From positions 5,024,001-5,088,000 of the forward strand of contig NC_087438.1 in assembly GCF_036321535.1 (NCBI RefSeq): a stretch of DNA of 64,000 bases, written 5' to 3'. The notes under the pieces were generated by a model. The model had not been told where the DNA came from. It saw only the letters and a program-made list of their open reading frames with translations, and did not search any database. Both the position numbers and the translations under genes were made by a program. The DNA comes from Camelus dromedarius. Taxonomy: Eukaryota. Positions 1 to 10,619 of the stretch are shown here, piece by piece; position 1 is the stretch's first letter, and every line of letters begins with the position of its first letter.

Positions 1-2139
1 TTAAGCATTACTTAAAATAGAACAATCAGAGCACTGCAACTAATCCAATAATCCTTCTTAGGGGAGTGGGTGGGTTTTCAATCAATTATCAGTCAATTAA
101 GAAACAGAAAAGCTTCCAGCTGGTTAAGAGAAAAGAGGCAACTCAAGGGATTACAGGATTACATAGGTATTAGGGTAAAAATAACAATAACAAATAAAAC
201 AAGATTATGATGGTGGGTTGTCCAGCTGTCTGAACAGCTAAGCAGTTGTGGTCCTCCCCTTAAAGGTCTCATATTATAAAGTGTGCTTGTATGAGAATTT
301 ATTTATGAATCCTGAGCCAGTGATCAAAAGAAGATAAACAAGCACAAATAATCCTGCTTTAAATGCTTAATAAAAAATTGTTAAGCATCCCTACAGTTTA
401 ATCATCCAACGATTAGTAGGTTAAAAGGTTGGTTGGAACCAGTACCTACTCCTGCTTTTGGTTGTGTCAACGTTTGATAAGAAATACACCCACATCCAGC
501 ATTTCTTCACACAAATAATGCCAATGTTTATTTTCCTTTTAGCACCCAGAGCCCATTCTTAAACTCTGGGCTCTGAAAGGAATCTAAGTACCAGCTTGAG
601 TACAAAACTCATCATATAAATTCCATAGGGCACTTTTGTTTAGATGTAATTCACTGAAACACAGAATAGACCCCCCAAAAGAAAAGAGCTGAATATTGTT
701 TGGGTCAAGGATACTTTACTCACAGAAAGGGAAAACATTCTGGAAGAATCCAAATGAAAGAAGACATCCAATGGGTAATGCGGAAATCTTTGGAAGAATC
801 TGATTTTGTTACACGCTCACATTTGTGATGCCTGATGTCACACCTCACAACTCCTTCAGCTCTTAGATTTTCCTACAATATACCATTGAAAGAAGGTAAA
901 AAAGGCTGGTGGATATTTTTGTACACCATCAATATAGGGTTAGCAAAAGGGAACTAATAGCTTAGATTTATAAAATTCTGTCCAGAACAGACATAATTGT
1001 ATTCAGCATTTGCAAATTTAAAGGCTAAATATAATTCCATATTTTTGTCTCCATATAAGAACTGTAACTGGATATAAATTTGAATCAACATTGAGCAAAC
1101 TCCAAGCTTGATATCTATTCTCTATATTTGAGTTCAGATATTTTAATATTAATTAATATCTTTTAATTTCTGAGTATATATTTTTTTAAGATGGGCCCTT
1201 CACTTGTTGGCTCTTGGGGAAAATATATTTAGCAGTGAAGAGAACTCTACCATAGCAGGGAAGACAGGTTTCTTTTTTTTTTTTTTTTTTTTTTTTCATG
1301 TATTAGTTATCAGACTGTAGTGCAATAATGAGAGTCTAGATTTAAGATTGCCTTTTTATTGCTTTAGCCTGCTGAGCATGAAAATGTCTTCAACATTTCC
1401 CAGTAACTATGTAAATGCAGCATGTCTAAAGAGAGTTGGCACGTTAACCACATCTGGCCATTTGGAGGTTATTTAATCTACAAGGATTGGCCCCATGAAC
1501 CCAGCAACCCTTCTCCCCACTGTCCCAGGCACCACCTGGTGCTGAAGTGGGAGCTGAGAAAAGTGCATTCAGGTGTTTGGGTGCAGCAGAAGCAGATTCT
1601 GTCTCTTTCTGTAAAGCTAAATTGATTCTTCATTTGAAATATCGTTTATTACTCTGACAATATTTTTTAATTTAACTCATTTTATTTTAAAATGTAGTCA
1701 CTATCTATGTATTTAACATTCTGTTAATGTTAAAAAAAAAAAACCCAGGGTTTTGAAATCCTTGCCCATATTAATGTAAATTATCATGCTTTTATAATAA
1801 TGAACTACAAAATAAGCTTGGATGCTAGTCATTCATTTCAATTCATTACTTAAAAAAAATCCTTTCAGAATGTCTTTTACTCAACATTTTAATACCAAAA
1901 ATATTGTTTGATAATAATGCCTTTCTGTTTTAGGAACGTAATCAGGGTTGACATGGCCACATAGCCAGCCCGTGGAGACTGGGTGGCAGAGGCACATCAA
2001 GGACATTCCCACACCAGGTGATGAGCATCAGTTTTCCAGGTACGGGAAGTGGTGGGAGGGTGCATGGCTGAGTGTGTATGTGTGGTGAAAAGTTACGTTG
2101 AGGCACGTTAAAAATTTTAAAGGGTTTATTTGGGCAGTT

Positions 2140-2275
2140 TTTTTTTAAAGTTAATTTTTAAAAATTTGGGGGGTGGGTAATTAGGTTTATTTATTTTTAG
2201 AGGAGGAGCTGGGGATTAAATCCAGGACCTTGTGCATGCTAAGCATGCACTCTACCACTGAGCTATACCCTCCCA
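2140..2275 (-). mobile_element. tRNA-Ala-derived SINE (camelid Vic-1-like), copy 1
   Basis: Reverse strand reads gggagggtatagctcagtggtagagtgcatgcttagcatgcacaaggtcctggatttaatccccagctcctc: A box, AGC anticodon arm, degenerate B box, then an A-rich tail. Confidence 0.8.
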
Positions 2276-2294
2276 CCAAATGTAAGGTGATACA

Positions 2295-2478
2295 TTTTTT
2301 CTTGTTTTTTCTTTTTCTTTCTTTCTTTCTTTTTTTTTTAAGTAATCTTTCTTTTTTTTGGGGGGGGAAGGGGTAATTAGATGTATTTATTTACTTATTT
2401 TAGCAGAGGTACTGGGGATTGAACCCAGGACCTCGTGCATGATAAACACGTGCTCTACCACTAAGCTATACCTTCCCC
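2295..2478 (-). mobile_element. tRNA-Ala-derived SINE (camelid Vic-1-like), copy 2
   Basis: Reverse strand ggggaaggtatagcttagtggtagagcacgtgtttatcatgcacgaggtcctgggttcaatccccagtacctc with B box GGTTCAATCC. Long T/CT tail on the + strand. Confidence 0.8.
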
Positions 2479-3069
2479 GCCAGGGCAGCACCAAACCCAA
2501 AGTAGTTAAGAGGTTCCACCAAGTTCCATCAACAGGAGCAGGGGCAAGGAGTTTACAGAGAAGACCCAGAAACGAAGAGAATGATTTGATTGCCTATACT
2601 TTCATCAGGTTTCTTATTTGGGAAAGTCTGGACGGCTGCTTGGTGCTAAGTTTCACTTCCTCAGATGTCAGTGTATCAGCTCTGGCTTGGGTTCTGGTTT
2701 GCTTAGACAGGCAATCCAGGCATTAGAACCATCACAGTCCTATGGTCTCCCTGTTTAAATAGTGCATAGAGGAGGGGTGCCGTTCCAGGCAGGAAGAGGC
2801 AGGTGGGTAGTTCCAGAAAGGAGGATGGGATGGGGACCTCAGGGCTTCATGCAGCTCACTTTATCTAGAGCTTAAACCAGGAGGGATGAAGGCATTAGAG
2901 ACCTGACAGGGCTGCTGCTAGCAAGCCCCGGCATTTCACAGCTGGAGGTGGTTTTCTTACGTATGTGATGGGACATAGCATGGCCAGATATCGGCTCCAG
3001 GCAGAGCACTGGGGGGATGGATACGAGCAGGCAGCAAGGCAGGTGAGAGATTCTAAAGACTTGACTAAG

Positions 3070-3325
3070 GCAAGAGAGTGGGACTGTGGAAAATAGGGGA
3101 GGCTTGGAAGAGACTGTGATAAAGTTGGAGGAACGATGGCTGTTTGGATGTTGGCAGGTAACAGAGTAAGAGAGTGGAGGACAAGTCCTTGTCCCAGCTC
3201 AGTCATCTTACAGATGGTCACAGAGGGACAGGAAGGCTTGGCAGGCATGGTTTTAATTTCAGTTTTGGACTTGCCACCTATGATGGGGGACCGTTTAAAA
3301 GGGAAGTGCCTCCTGAGGTGGGTAT
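3070..3325 (-). mobile_element. L2 fragment
   Basis: Purine-rich decayed L2-like tract including ttcagttttggacttg. Confidence 0.4.
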
Positions 3326-4154
3326 GAAGATGTTTGTGTACCTCACGTGCTGCAACACTCAGTGTGCTCCTTAAACATTCTACTTGGGGTTCTTTTGGAA
3401 AACTTCCATTTAAGAACAAAATTTCCTGAATTTGTAATAGGGAATCTACAACTCAGTTCACAGGGATCATAATCTTTGGAATTAAATTTAGGAGCGTACT
3501 ACTTTTTTCAGAAATGTTAGCAATAATAAACAAAATCCAACAACCAAAACAAGCTTCTTCTGAGCCGTTATCTTCATCTTCTGCCCCTCAGTTTGGGCAG
3601 TCACGCTCGGCATTAGAGTGACCACCCATGGGGGTGACTCACCTCACTCCACCTTACCTCTTCTTCCTTGTTGTCGACGTCTCAACCATGATTCAGCTGC
3701 AGAAAGAAGATGAGATTTTCAGTGGACACTTCATAAATCCTGAGTCTTCACTGCCTGGAATTGTTTTGCCTCTGATGTGTTGCTGGGAGCTGAAGCACCA
3801 GATTTCATTTTTCTCTTGAGAAAACCAACTGCAATGGTACTTCCTGTACACACTTGTCCTGGACATGTTCAGCGTCTCATCTCATACAGGCTGCAACCTT
3901 TTGCTATACTGAGTGAGTAGAACTGGCAGCATGAGGTGCTCAATAGTGGGTAAAAACCTTGCCATTTTAGGATTTGAAGATATTGTGAGATTTTTTAAAA
4001 GTATGAATGTAGTGCCAATAGCAAATACTTATATGCATATAACCTCTTCAGGACCTGGGCAATACTTCTATCAACTTGAGTTCTGATCAAAGTCATCTAC
4101 TAGCATTATTTGCCAACTGTACTCTTTTCTTTAAAGAATAAAATCACCTTATGT

Positions 4155-4330
4155 CTTCATTCATTCATTCAACCATTAATTCATCTAGCCCATATCTATT
4201 AAGCATTTACTACGTGTTTGGCAAATTTCAGGTAATAGAGGTATAACTAGCGATCAAAAGAAACAAAATCTCTTGCCCTTAATTAATCTACCTTCTAGTG
4301 CAGGAAGACTGACCACATTAAGACAAAAAT
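4155..4330 (-). mobile_element. L2 3' end
   Basis: ttcattcattcattcaa...tattaagcatttactacgtg...ccttctagtg, the typical antisense L2 tail. Confidence 0.65.
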
Positions 4331-4569
4331 AAGATTCATGTGTGTCTACTGATTGCCATGGCGTACTGCTGGAACAGGCTCACTCTTGCATTTATACTGA
4401 AGGAATTAGCACTTGTTAACAAATGCCTACATATAACTTAAGAAACTTTTCTTAGGGCATAATTTCCTTATTTGTATTCAATGTAAGTGATTTTTCCCCC
4501 CTTGATCTAAAAACATTGATTAAAATCCATCCCTTTATCCATCCCAGAGTAATATAAATGTGTCAGAAA

Positions 4570-4695
4570 AATCCTTGGAATAATTGGTTCATTCTTCTTA
4601 CTTTACAGAGAAATAAACTGAAGCTCAGAGATGATTATGACTTCCTCAAGGATATATAGTTGGTATCAGAGGTGACGCAAAAATCCAGCACTTTA
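4570..4695 (-). mobile_element. MIR
   Basis: MIR core tttacagagaaataaactgaagctcagagatg...gacttcctcaagg. Confidence 0.65.
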
Positions 4696-6195
4696 AGAAA
4701 GCTATTACAAGAATATTGACAATTTTTACAACAGTGTAAATACAAGAAGTGAGTTTGTTATTTTTAAATTCAAGTATAAAACCATGAATCAAACATGGTG
4801 GGGTGGCTTAAAATCTTAAGCTAAGTTATTTGAATTGAATGAATTCAGAACTGGGCAAAAATAGTCACGAATTCTGTCCTAGCATTGTTTTTCACACAGA
4901 CAGTTTCTTATCCCTCAAAGTACATTATTTATCAATGTGAGAGTATAATTAAATTATTCTCTCATTGGCTATTTTAAGGGACACCTAAAAGGGATATAAA
5001 AATAAAAGTCAAGGTATCTGAATTATCCACTGGAGCTTGGTAAATAAGCCTCCTCTTCCGGTACCTCCCTAGGCAACAAATCCTGAGCACACATCTCTGC
5101 TCCATGAGTCATTACTTCTTAGATTACATTCTCTGAGCAGGAGCAGAGAAATCAATATCTCACACAAGGTTGCTGACGTGCTGGGACTGGTAGTCATTAA
5201 CCTATTCTCACGCCTCCCACAACTCACAGAAGGAATTCCAGTGTCTCGGTGGATTTTGAACCAAGTTCTTTCCTAACAAACTTGGGAACGGCAGGGGGAT
5301 TTTGTGAACGGTCTGTTTCAAAATACTTGTACCACCTTCTCACGTATTCAGGACTGTAACTCCCAGTAAGTCACCTGAAATCAGATGTTAAAGATGAGCC
5401 CATGAAATATTTATCCTATTTTGTCAGCTGAGAAATAATTGATCAAATACACCAAGCAAGTAGGATTTTTCAAAGACATGTCGAGATCATCCCACACCAA
5501 ATGGGAAAGAAAAGGAATACATTAAGGGTCCATTCAGCCGTGTTTCTTGGATGCTCTGAAAACTGCATTGCAAAAAGAGTTCCTTAGTGAGCTGAAACAG
5601 TTAATGAGACTTCCAGGAGCCACAAGCTGGCTTTGGTTGTGTGGCTTCTGTATTCACAGACTCTGGTTCAATAAAAATGTAAATGTTATCTAGGTACACA
5701 GAACATATTTCATGGTGATAATGAATCTGTTGACATACTGTTCATACTTTATTATATAAATTGTAGTGATGTAGTTGCCGGAGAGGGGAAATACTCTGTG
5801 CTCAGCCGTACAGGATGCTCTGGGTTGGCACATGTCTGTGCCTGTCCTTGGCACAGTTTGCCCGCCTGCCTTTAATCTGTGACATTGGGAAGAGCCCAAC
5901 GGCGTCCTTATTGACTGAGCTAATATAACTGGATTTGGAATAGGAACTAGAAGATGGGTTATTTTTAAAAGCAAAAGCCATCAATTCAAAAACCCATCCT
6001 GCAGCATAACTAGTTAACAGATTTCTAATTACTCAGGTGTGTCATAGTGTGTGTGAGAAGTGATCAGATTAGAAGGGGACAGGTGGCCGGCAGCTCCCAG
6101 GTGGGGGAGCCTGCCTGCTTGAACTCAAGCCTGCACCTCACCCTCACTCTGCACCGCAGGCAGAGATGTGAGTCCTGTTTAGTGTCACCAGCTAG

Positions 6196-6356
6196 CAGGA
6201 ACAGCTCTCTAATTTGCGGAGCCCAGGGCAAAATAAAAATGGGTGACCCCCTCGTTCAAAATCTATTAAGAATTTCAGGATGGTGACAGCAGAACCTTAA
6301 ACCAAGCATGGGGCCTGTGCAAGGGCACAAATCACGCTCGCATGACGCCTGCTCTG
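6196..6356 (-). mobile_element. MER45A-like hAT-Tip100 MITE
   Basis: cagg...taatttgcggagcccagggcaaaataaaaatg...ttaagaatttcaggatggtgacagcagaaccttaaaccaagc...ctg follows the reverse complement of the MER45A consensus as recalled. Confidence 0.75.
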
Positions 6357-7064
6357 CCTTCCGGGTTCTAAGGATGGAGGGCTGCCCTCTAGTGTCGCAG
6401 GAAAAATGATTTCTCCTTCCTAATGCTTCCTCTTTTTTTTTTTTTTTTTTTTTCCTCTTTCCCCACTCCTTCAGGTCCAGTTAGAGCTTCCGCAGCTTTT
6501 TCGGGCATTTTGTCACAAATGAATTGATACAGAGTAAATCTATGGGCGAACCCCTTTGCTCTCCAGCCCTGCTACGCAAGGCCACAGAAATGAACCATTG
6601 AACTCCTTGGGGTCCCTTTAGTTGCATGAGTTTATATTCCATGCTCCCGGCTTTGTACCAAAGGGCATTTTTGATTCCATTTCATGCTGCTTGGGGGTTA
6701 TTATTTTTTTTTTTCTTTTCTTTTTTCCCTTCAAACTAGAAACTGTTGTGGACTTTTTAAAAGGTTTACTTGGTGCCACTGATTCTAAAATGCTGATAGA
6801 ATAACTCTAATGATTCTATTGGTTCATATTTTATTTTGTATTAAGCATAAAACTATGACAGAGGTCCAAAAAGCCCAATATAACCTCAGGAAACCTGATA
6901 TAGCTTGGTTTTTATATTACATTCCTTCCACGACCTTTGTCTACAATGCTAAAATTTAAATTGTACGAGAGCAGGGGATGAATGTTGAATTTTGCTCATG
7001 TTTTGGTTTTTGTAGCCCTACTTTTCAAAGAACATTGGACATTCCTACAAGAGTCCTAGGCATG

Positions 7065-7147
7065 GTCCATGTTTCCCCCCTGAACATCTGGCATGTGATA
7101 GGCACAAAATAAATATTTGTTGAATAAATTAATGAAAGAATGAGTGA
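7065..7147 (+). mobile_element. L2 3' end
   Basis: tctggcatgtgataggcacaaaataaatatttgttgaataaattaatgaa. Confidence 0.65.
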
Positions 7148-7321
7148 TAAAAAAATCTTATAGGGGTCAGGTGCAAAATTCCCTCCATGCAGAGTCTCTT
7201 TAAATTATACTTTGCTATTATACTTAACAAGATCTCCTAAAAATCTTACAACAACCCCTTTTACTGTGTGGAGAATATGTATATATGGTATAGATACTGG
7301 TTGTTAAAACCTTCCCATTTT

Positions 7322-7688
7322 CATGTGGTGTATGTAAAATACTACTCAGCCATTAAAAAGAATGAAAAGTTGCCATTTGTGCAACATGGATGGACTTGGA
7401 GAGCATTATGCTAAGTGAAGTAAATCAGACAGAGAAAGACAAAGAATGTATGACATCACTTATATGTGGAATCTAAAAACACAACTAGTGAATAAAAGCA
7501 GACTCACAGATATACAGAATGAACTAGTGGTTACTAATCAGGAGAGGAGTGGGGGGAAGGACCGTCTAGGGGTAGAGGATTGAAAAAAGGGGTTATTAGG
7601 GGATTGTAAGAAATCATGTGTGTGAAACTTTTGAAAATTGTAAAGCACTATAGAATTTAAAGACGCTTTCACTCCAAAAAAAAAAAAA
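7322..7688 (+). mobile_element. 5'-truncated L1 3' end with poly(A)
   Basis: tactactcagccattaaaaagaatgaa...gcaacatggatggacttggagagcattatgctaagtgaa, then 3' UTR and an A13 tail. Confidence 0.88.
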
Positions 7689-9960
7689 TGCCCCACTTCC
7701 CCACTAGAGACGAGAAAATAATTAAACATGTACTTTTCCCTCACAAGTCTTGCAGTCCTTTTTACCATAAACCTAAATTACCGATTATTCACTTTTTCTT
7801 CTTTCCAGAGTGGGCAAAGGCAGCTGTTTATCAATACGAAGGGTGAAGAGACATTGAGAATTGGAGAGAAGATGTGGCTCTAACAGGAAAAGACCGGAAA
7901 TGCGCACAGACCTCGGGCTGAGCAGGAGGGAGAGTCAATCCCACAGAGGCTGCGTCTAACTTCCCGCTCCCCGGGCTTCCTTGGGAAAGACCAGGCTCTT
8001 CCATCAGTGCTGGTTTGCATCTTGCTCTCAGAACTACCAAACCCTAAAATCACCTGGTCCAAGAGAAAGAACTGAGGCCAAGGATGGAGTCTGGACCCGC
8101 GGGGAAAGGTTGAGGTTGGAATTACCTGAGTTACAGTCTATACAGCCCGGTGTGGGGGTTAAACGGGAGAGCAGGCAAGGTGGGTGCGGGCGGCAGATGC
8201 GCAGCTCTAGAAGAAGGGAGTTCCGTTCTCCTGACGTCCAGGAGACGTCCAGGGTAGGGGTCTTCTCCCATCCGTTGCCCCCTCCCGTTTCTCCTCCTCT
8301 CCAGGTCAGGAGGAGGGCAGGAGGTCAGGAGAAAGGCGCAGGACCAGGAGGAGCCCGGAGGGGCAGGGCCGCCTGCTGGGCGTCCAGGGTCCGGGACACG
8401 CCCCTCCCGCCCCCGCCCCCCAGCCGAGGTCTCGGGCGGCCAGTGCCGGAGCGTCGCCTTTCTCTGGTCTACACGTCCTGAGCAGAACAGGTATTAACCT
8501 AGACTAAAAATTAAGCCCCTGGAAGGCGCCAGGGCCTCTTTCCCTTGGTGGCCTGGGTCTTATGGTCACTGGGCACGCAGTTACCCAGTTCAATGCCCTC
8601 GCCCGGCAGGGGGACAGGAGGGCCCACGCGGGCAAAAGGGCAGTTCGCGAAGGTTCTCCATGTGCTAGTTGGTGCCCCGGGCTCAGACCTCCCGACCTCC
8701 GCCCTCACTGATCTGGTCGCCTCCTGAGGAAACAAGTACGTAGCGGCCACCTCCTGGGCTGTTTGCTGTTCGCACGAGACGGGAGGGTCGCGGTGCCTCG
8801 GATTCCTTAGGCTTGGGGAGGAGATGGGGTTTGCGGGCCTTGGGGCCAGACAGCGTTTGAATAGGAGGAAGCCTCGAGAAGGGTGGGCTTCTTTGGAAAG
8901 CGCCAGTGAGCTCCCCTGCCGCCCAGGGAGAGGGCCGGCGTCTCGGCTCCCAGGCGTGTGGCGGGTGGGAGGGGGCGCTGCCCTGCTACACGCCTGTCCC
9001 CACGCAGCGCCAGCCCGGTCTCTAGCGCCCCCCGCGCCCAGTCCCCAAGGTGGCGTGGAGGAAGACAATCCCTGAGCCGACTCCGCCCTCCCCCGCGCCC
9101 AGCCGCTCGCTTTCCCCTGGCGCGCCCTCACCGTCTTCCCTGCCGCACAGCAGGGGCTCGCCGGGGATCTTGGACCCGCCAGAGGGCTCCCCTAAACTCC
9201 GATGCAGAAAACTGTGCCACCTCCGGTACCCCCAAAGTGACTTAAGCAGAAACTGCAGGGCGCTAGTGAGGCTCCCTACCGGAGGACGTGGCGGGGTGCA
9301 GCGTTCGGTCACACCCGCCTCCCTGCTCCATTGCGCATTTGGGGCTGTTCTCTGCCAAGGGGTCTCCTCGTCCCCTCGCGCCTTTCCGTCCCCCTCAGGG
9401 AAGTCCCCCTGCCCTCTGAGATAGGAGAAGCGTGGGAACCCCCCCCTCACCAAGCCTGCTTTACTGAGATGAAGAGGAGAGTGGGAAACCCCTGCCCACT
9501 AAAGGGGTGCGGAGGGAAGGAGAACCCCTCCTCCTAGCGCCCAGATGGTGAAAAGGAGGGAGTCCTTGCTGTTCTCTGAGTAGGGGCTACTAAACGATGG
9601 GAGGTCTCCTCCCGGCTACGCTCTGAGAAAGTGGAAAGTGGGGAGGAGCACCCGCCCCACCCCATCCCCCGCAGCCCACTCAGAGACTGGGGGGACTGGA
9701 GGACTGCAGGGCGAGAGTTTCCCCCCTCCTAGTACTTTGAGCTGGAGAGGATTTAGGAGCCCTCGTAGTCTTCTGGGCGAGGTGGTAGGTGGGGGGACAG
9801 AGAGTGGGAACCCCCAGAACGTGTTCAGGGGCCGTGCAGAGGACGGTGGCAGCCCCCCCCCCCCCAGATCGTGGGGAAGAGGTGGACCACGCTGAAGCTG
9901 AGTGAGGGCGGGCCGAAGAGGGGGACGTCCGGGGCCGGGGCGCGGCCCGTGCCCCCCCCT

Positions 9961-9997
9961 GCCCCGCCCCGCCCCGCTCCGCCCCGCCCCGCCCCGC
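9961..9997. promoter_or_regulatory. (GCCCC)7 array of overlapping GC boxes (Sp/KLF type)
   Basis: gccccgccccgccccgctccgccccgccccgccccgc, about 400 nt upstream of the ATG. Confidence 0.75.
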
Positions 9998-10388
9998 ACG
10001 CGTCTCAGTCCGCCAGCCCCCCACCTCCCCCAGCGCGCGGCCCGGCCGTCGGGGGGCGGCGGTGGTTGGCGGCCGGGCTGCGCCGCGCGAGGTGGGGGGA
10101 AGGGGCGGGCCGAGCGCCCCCTGTCGCACCCGCCCCCTCCTGCGCTGTGGCGGCAGCGGCGGCGCCGGGAGCTGCCCCCGAGGCCGCTGCCCGGCCCCCG
10201 CCCGCGCGTCAGCGCGCCCAGCCCGGGGCGGCGAGCTCCGCCCGCGCCGGAGGGCCCTGCGCGCTGCCGGGAGCGCGGGCAGCCGGGCCGGCCCAGGCGG
10301 CGCGGGGGTGGGACGCGGGCGGCAGCGGGCGAGCGGGCGGCGCAGCCCCGGCCGGGCGCGCTCGGCGGGCGCCCCGCGAGCCGCCCCG

Positions 10389-10619
10389 ATGTGGCAGGAG
10401 GCGATGCGGCGCCGCCGCTACCTGCGGGACCGTGCCGAAGCGGCGGCGGCGGCGGCGGCGGGCGGCAGCGGCGGCGGCGACGGGCTGCAGCGGTCCCGGG
10501 ACTGGCTGTACGAGTCCTACTACTGCATGAGCCAGCAGCACCCGCTCATCGTCTTCCTGCTGCTCATCGTCATGGGCGCCTGCCTCGCCCTGCTCGCCGT
10601 CTTCTTCGCGCTCCGGCTG
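10389..10619 (+). CDS. ADCY2: Adenylate cyclase 2, coding exon 1 (77 codons: cytosolic N-terminus and first TM helix)
   Basis: Translates MWQEAMRRRRYLRDRAEAAAAAAAGGSGGGDGLQRSRDWLYESYYCMSQQHPLIVFLLLIVMGACLALLAVFFALRL, the recognisable ADCY2 N-terminus. It ends at a phase-0 donor CTG|gtgagt (gt at 10620-10621). Confidence 0.97.
10440..10478 (+). repeat. Coding trinucleotide repeat (GCG)7 then GGC-rich tract (poly-Ala/Gly)
   Basis: GCG x7 at 10440-10460, then GGC GGC AGC GGC GGC GGC. Confidence 0.95.

Larger units (their letters stand above)
2083..2760 (-). mobile_element. Probable solo ERV LTR interrupted by the two SINEs
   Basis: LTR-like start tggtgaaaagttacgttgaggcacgtt..., AATAAA on the minus strand at 2125-2130, and LTR-like sequence resuming after 2480. 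Family not identified. Confidence 0.45.

Noticed and set aside
1..1480. Possible ERV internal sequence at the window start
   Set aside because: The texture is suggestive, but I could not recover any gag, pol or env motif. A Dfam search is needed.
2200..2478. Functional tRNA-Ala genes
   Set aside because: Acceptor stems are degenerate and SINE-type tails follow, so these are SINE copies.
7981..9537. Upstream ORFs of 124-206 aa, possibly a divergent gene
   Set aside because: GC-composition artefacts with no recognisable domain or supporting exon structure. A divergent lncRNA cannot be excluded from sequence alone.
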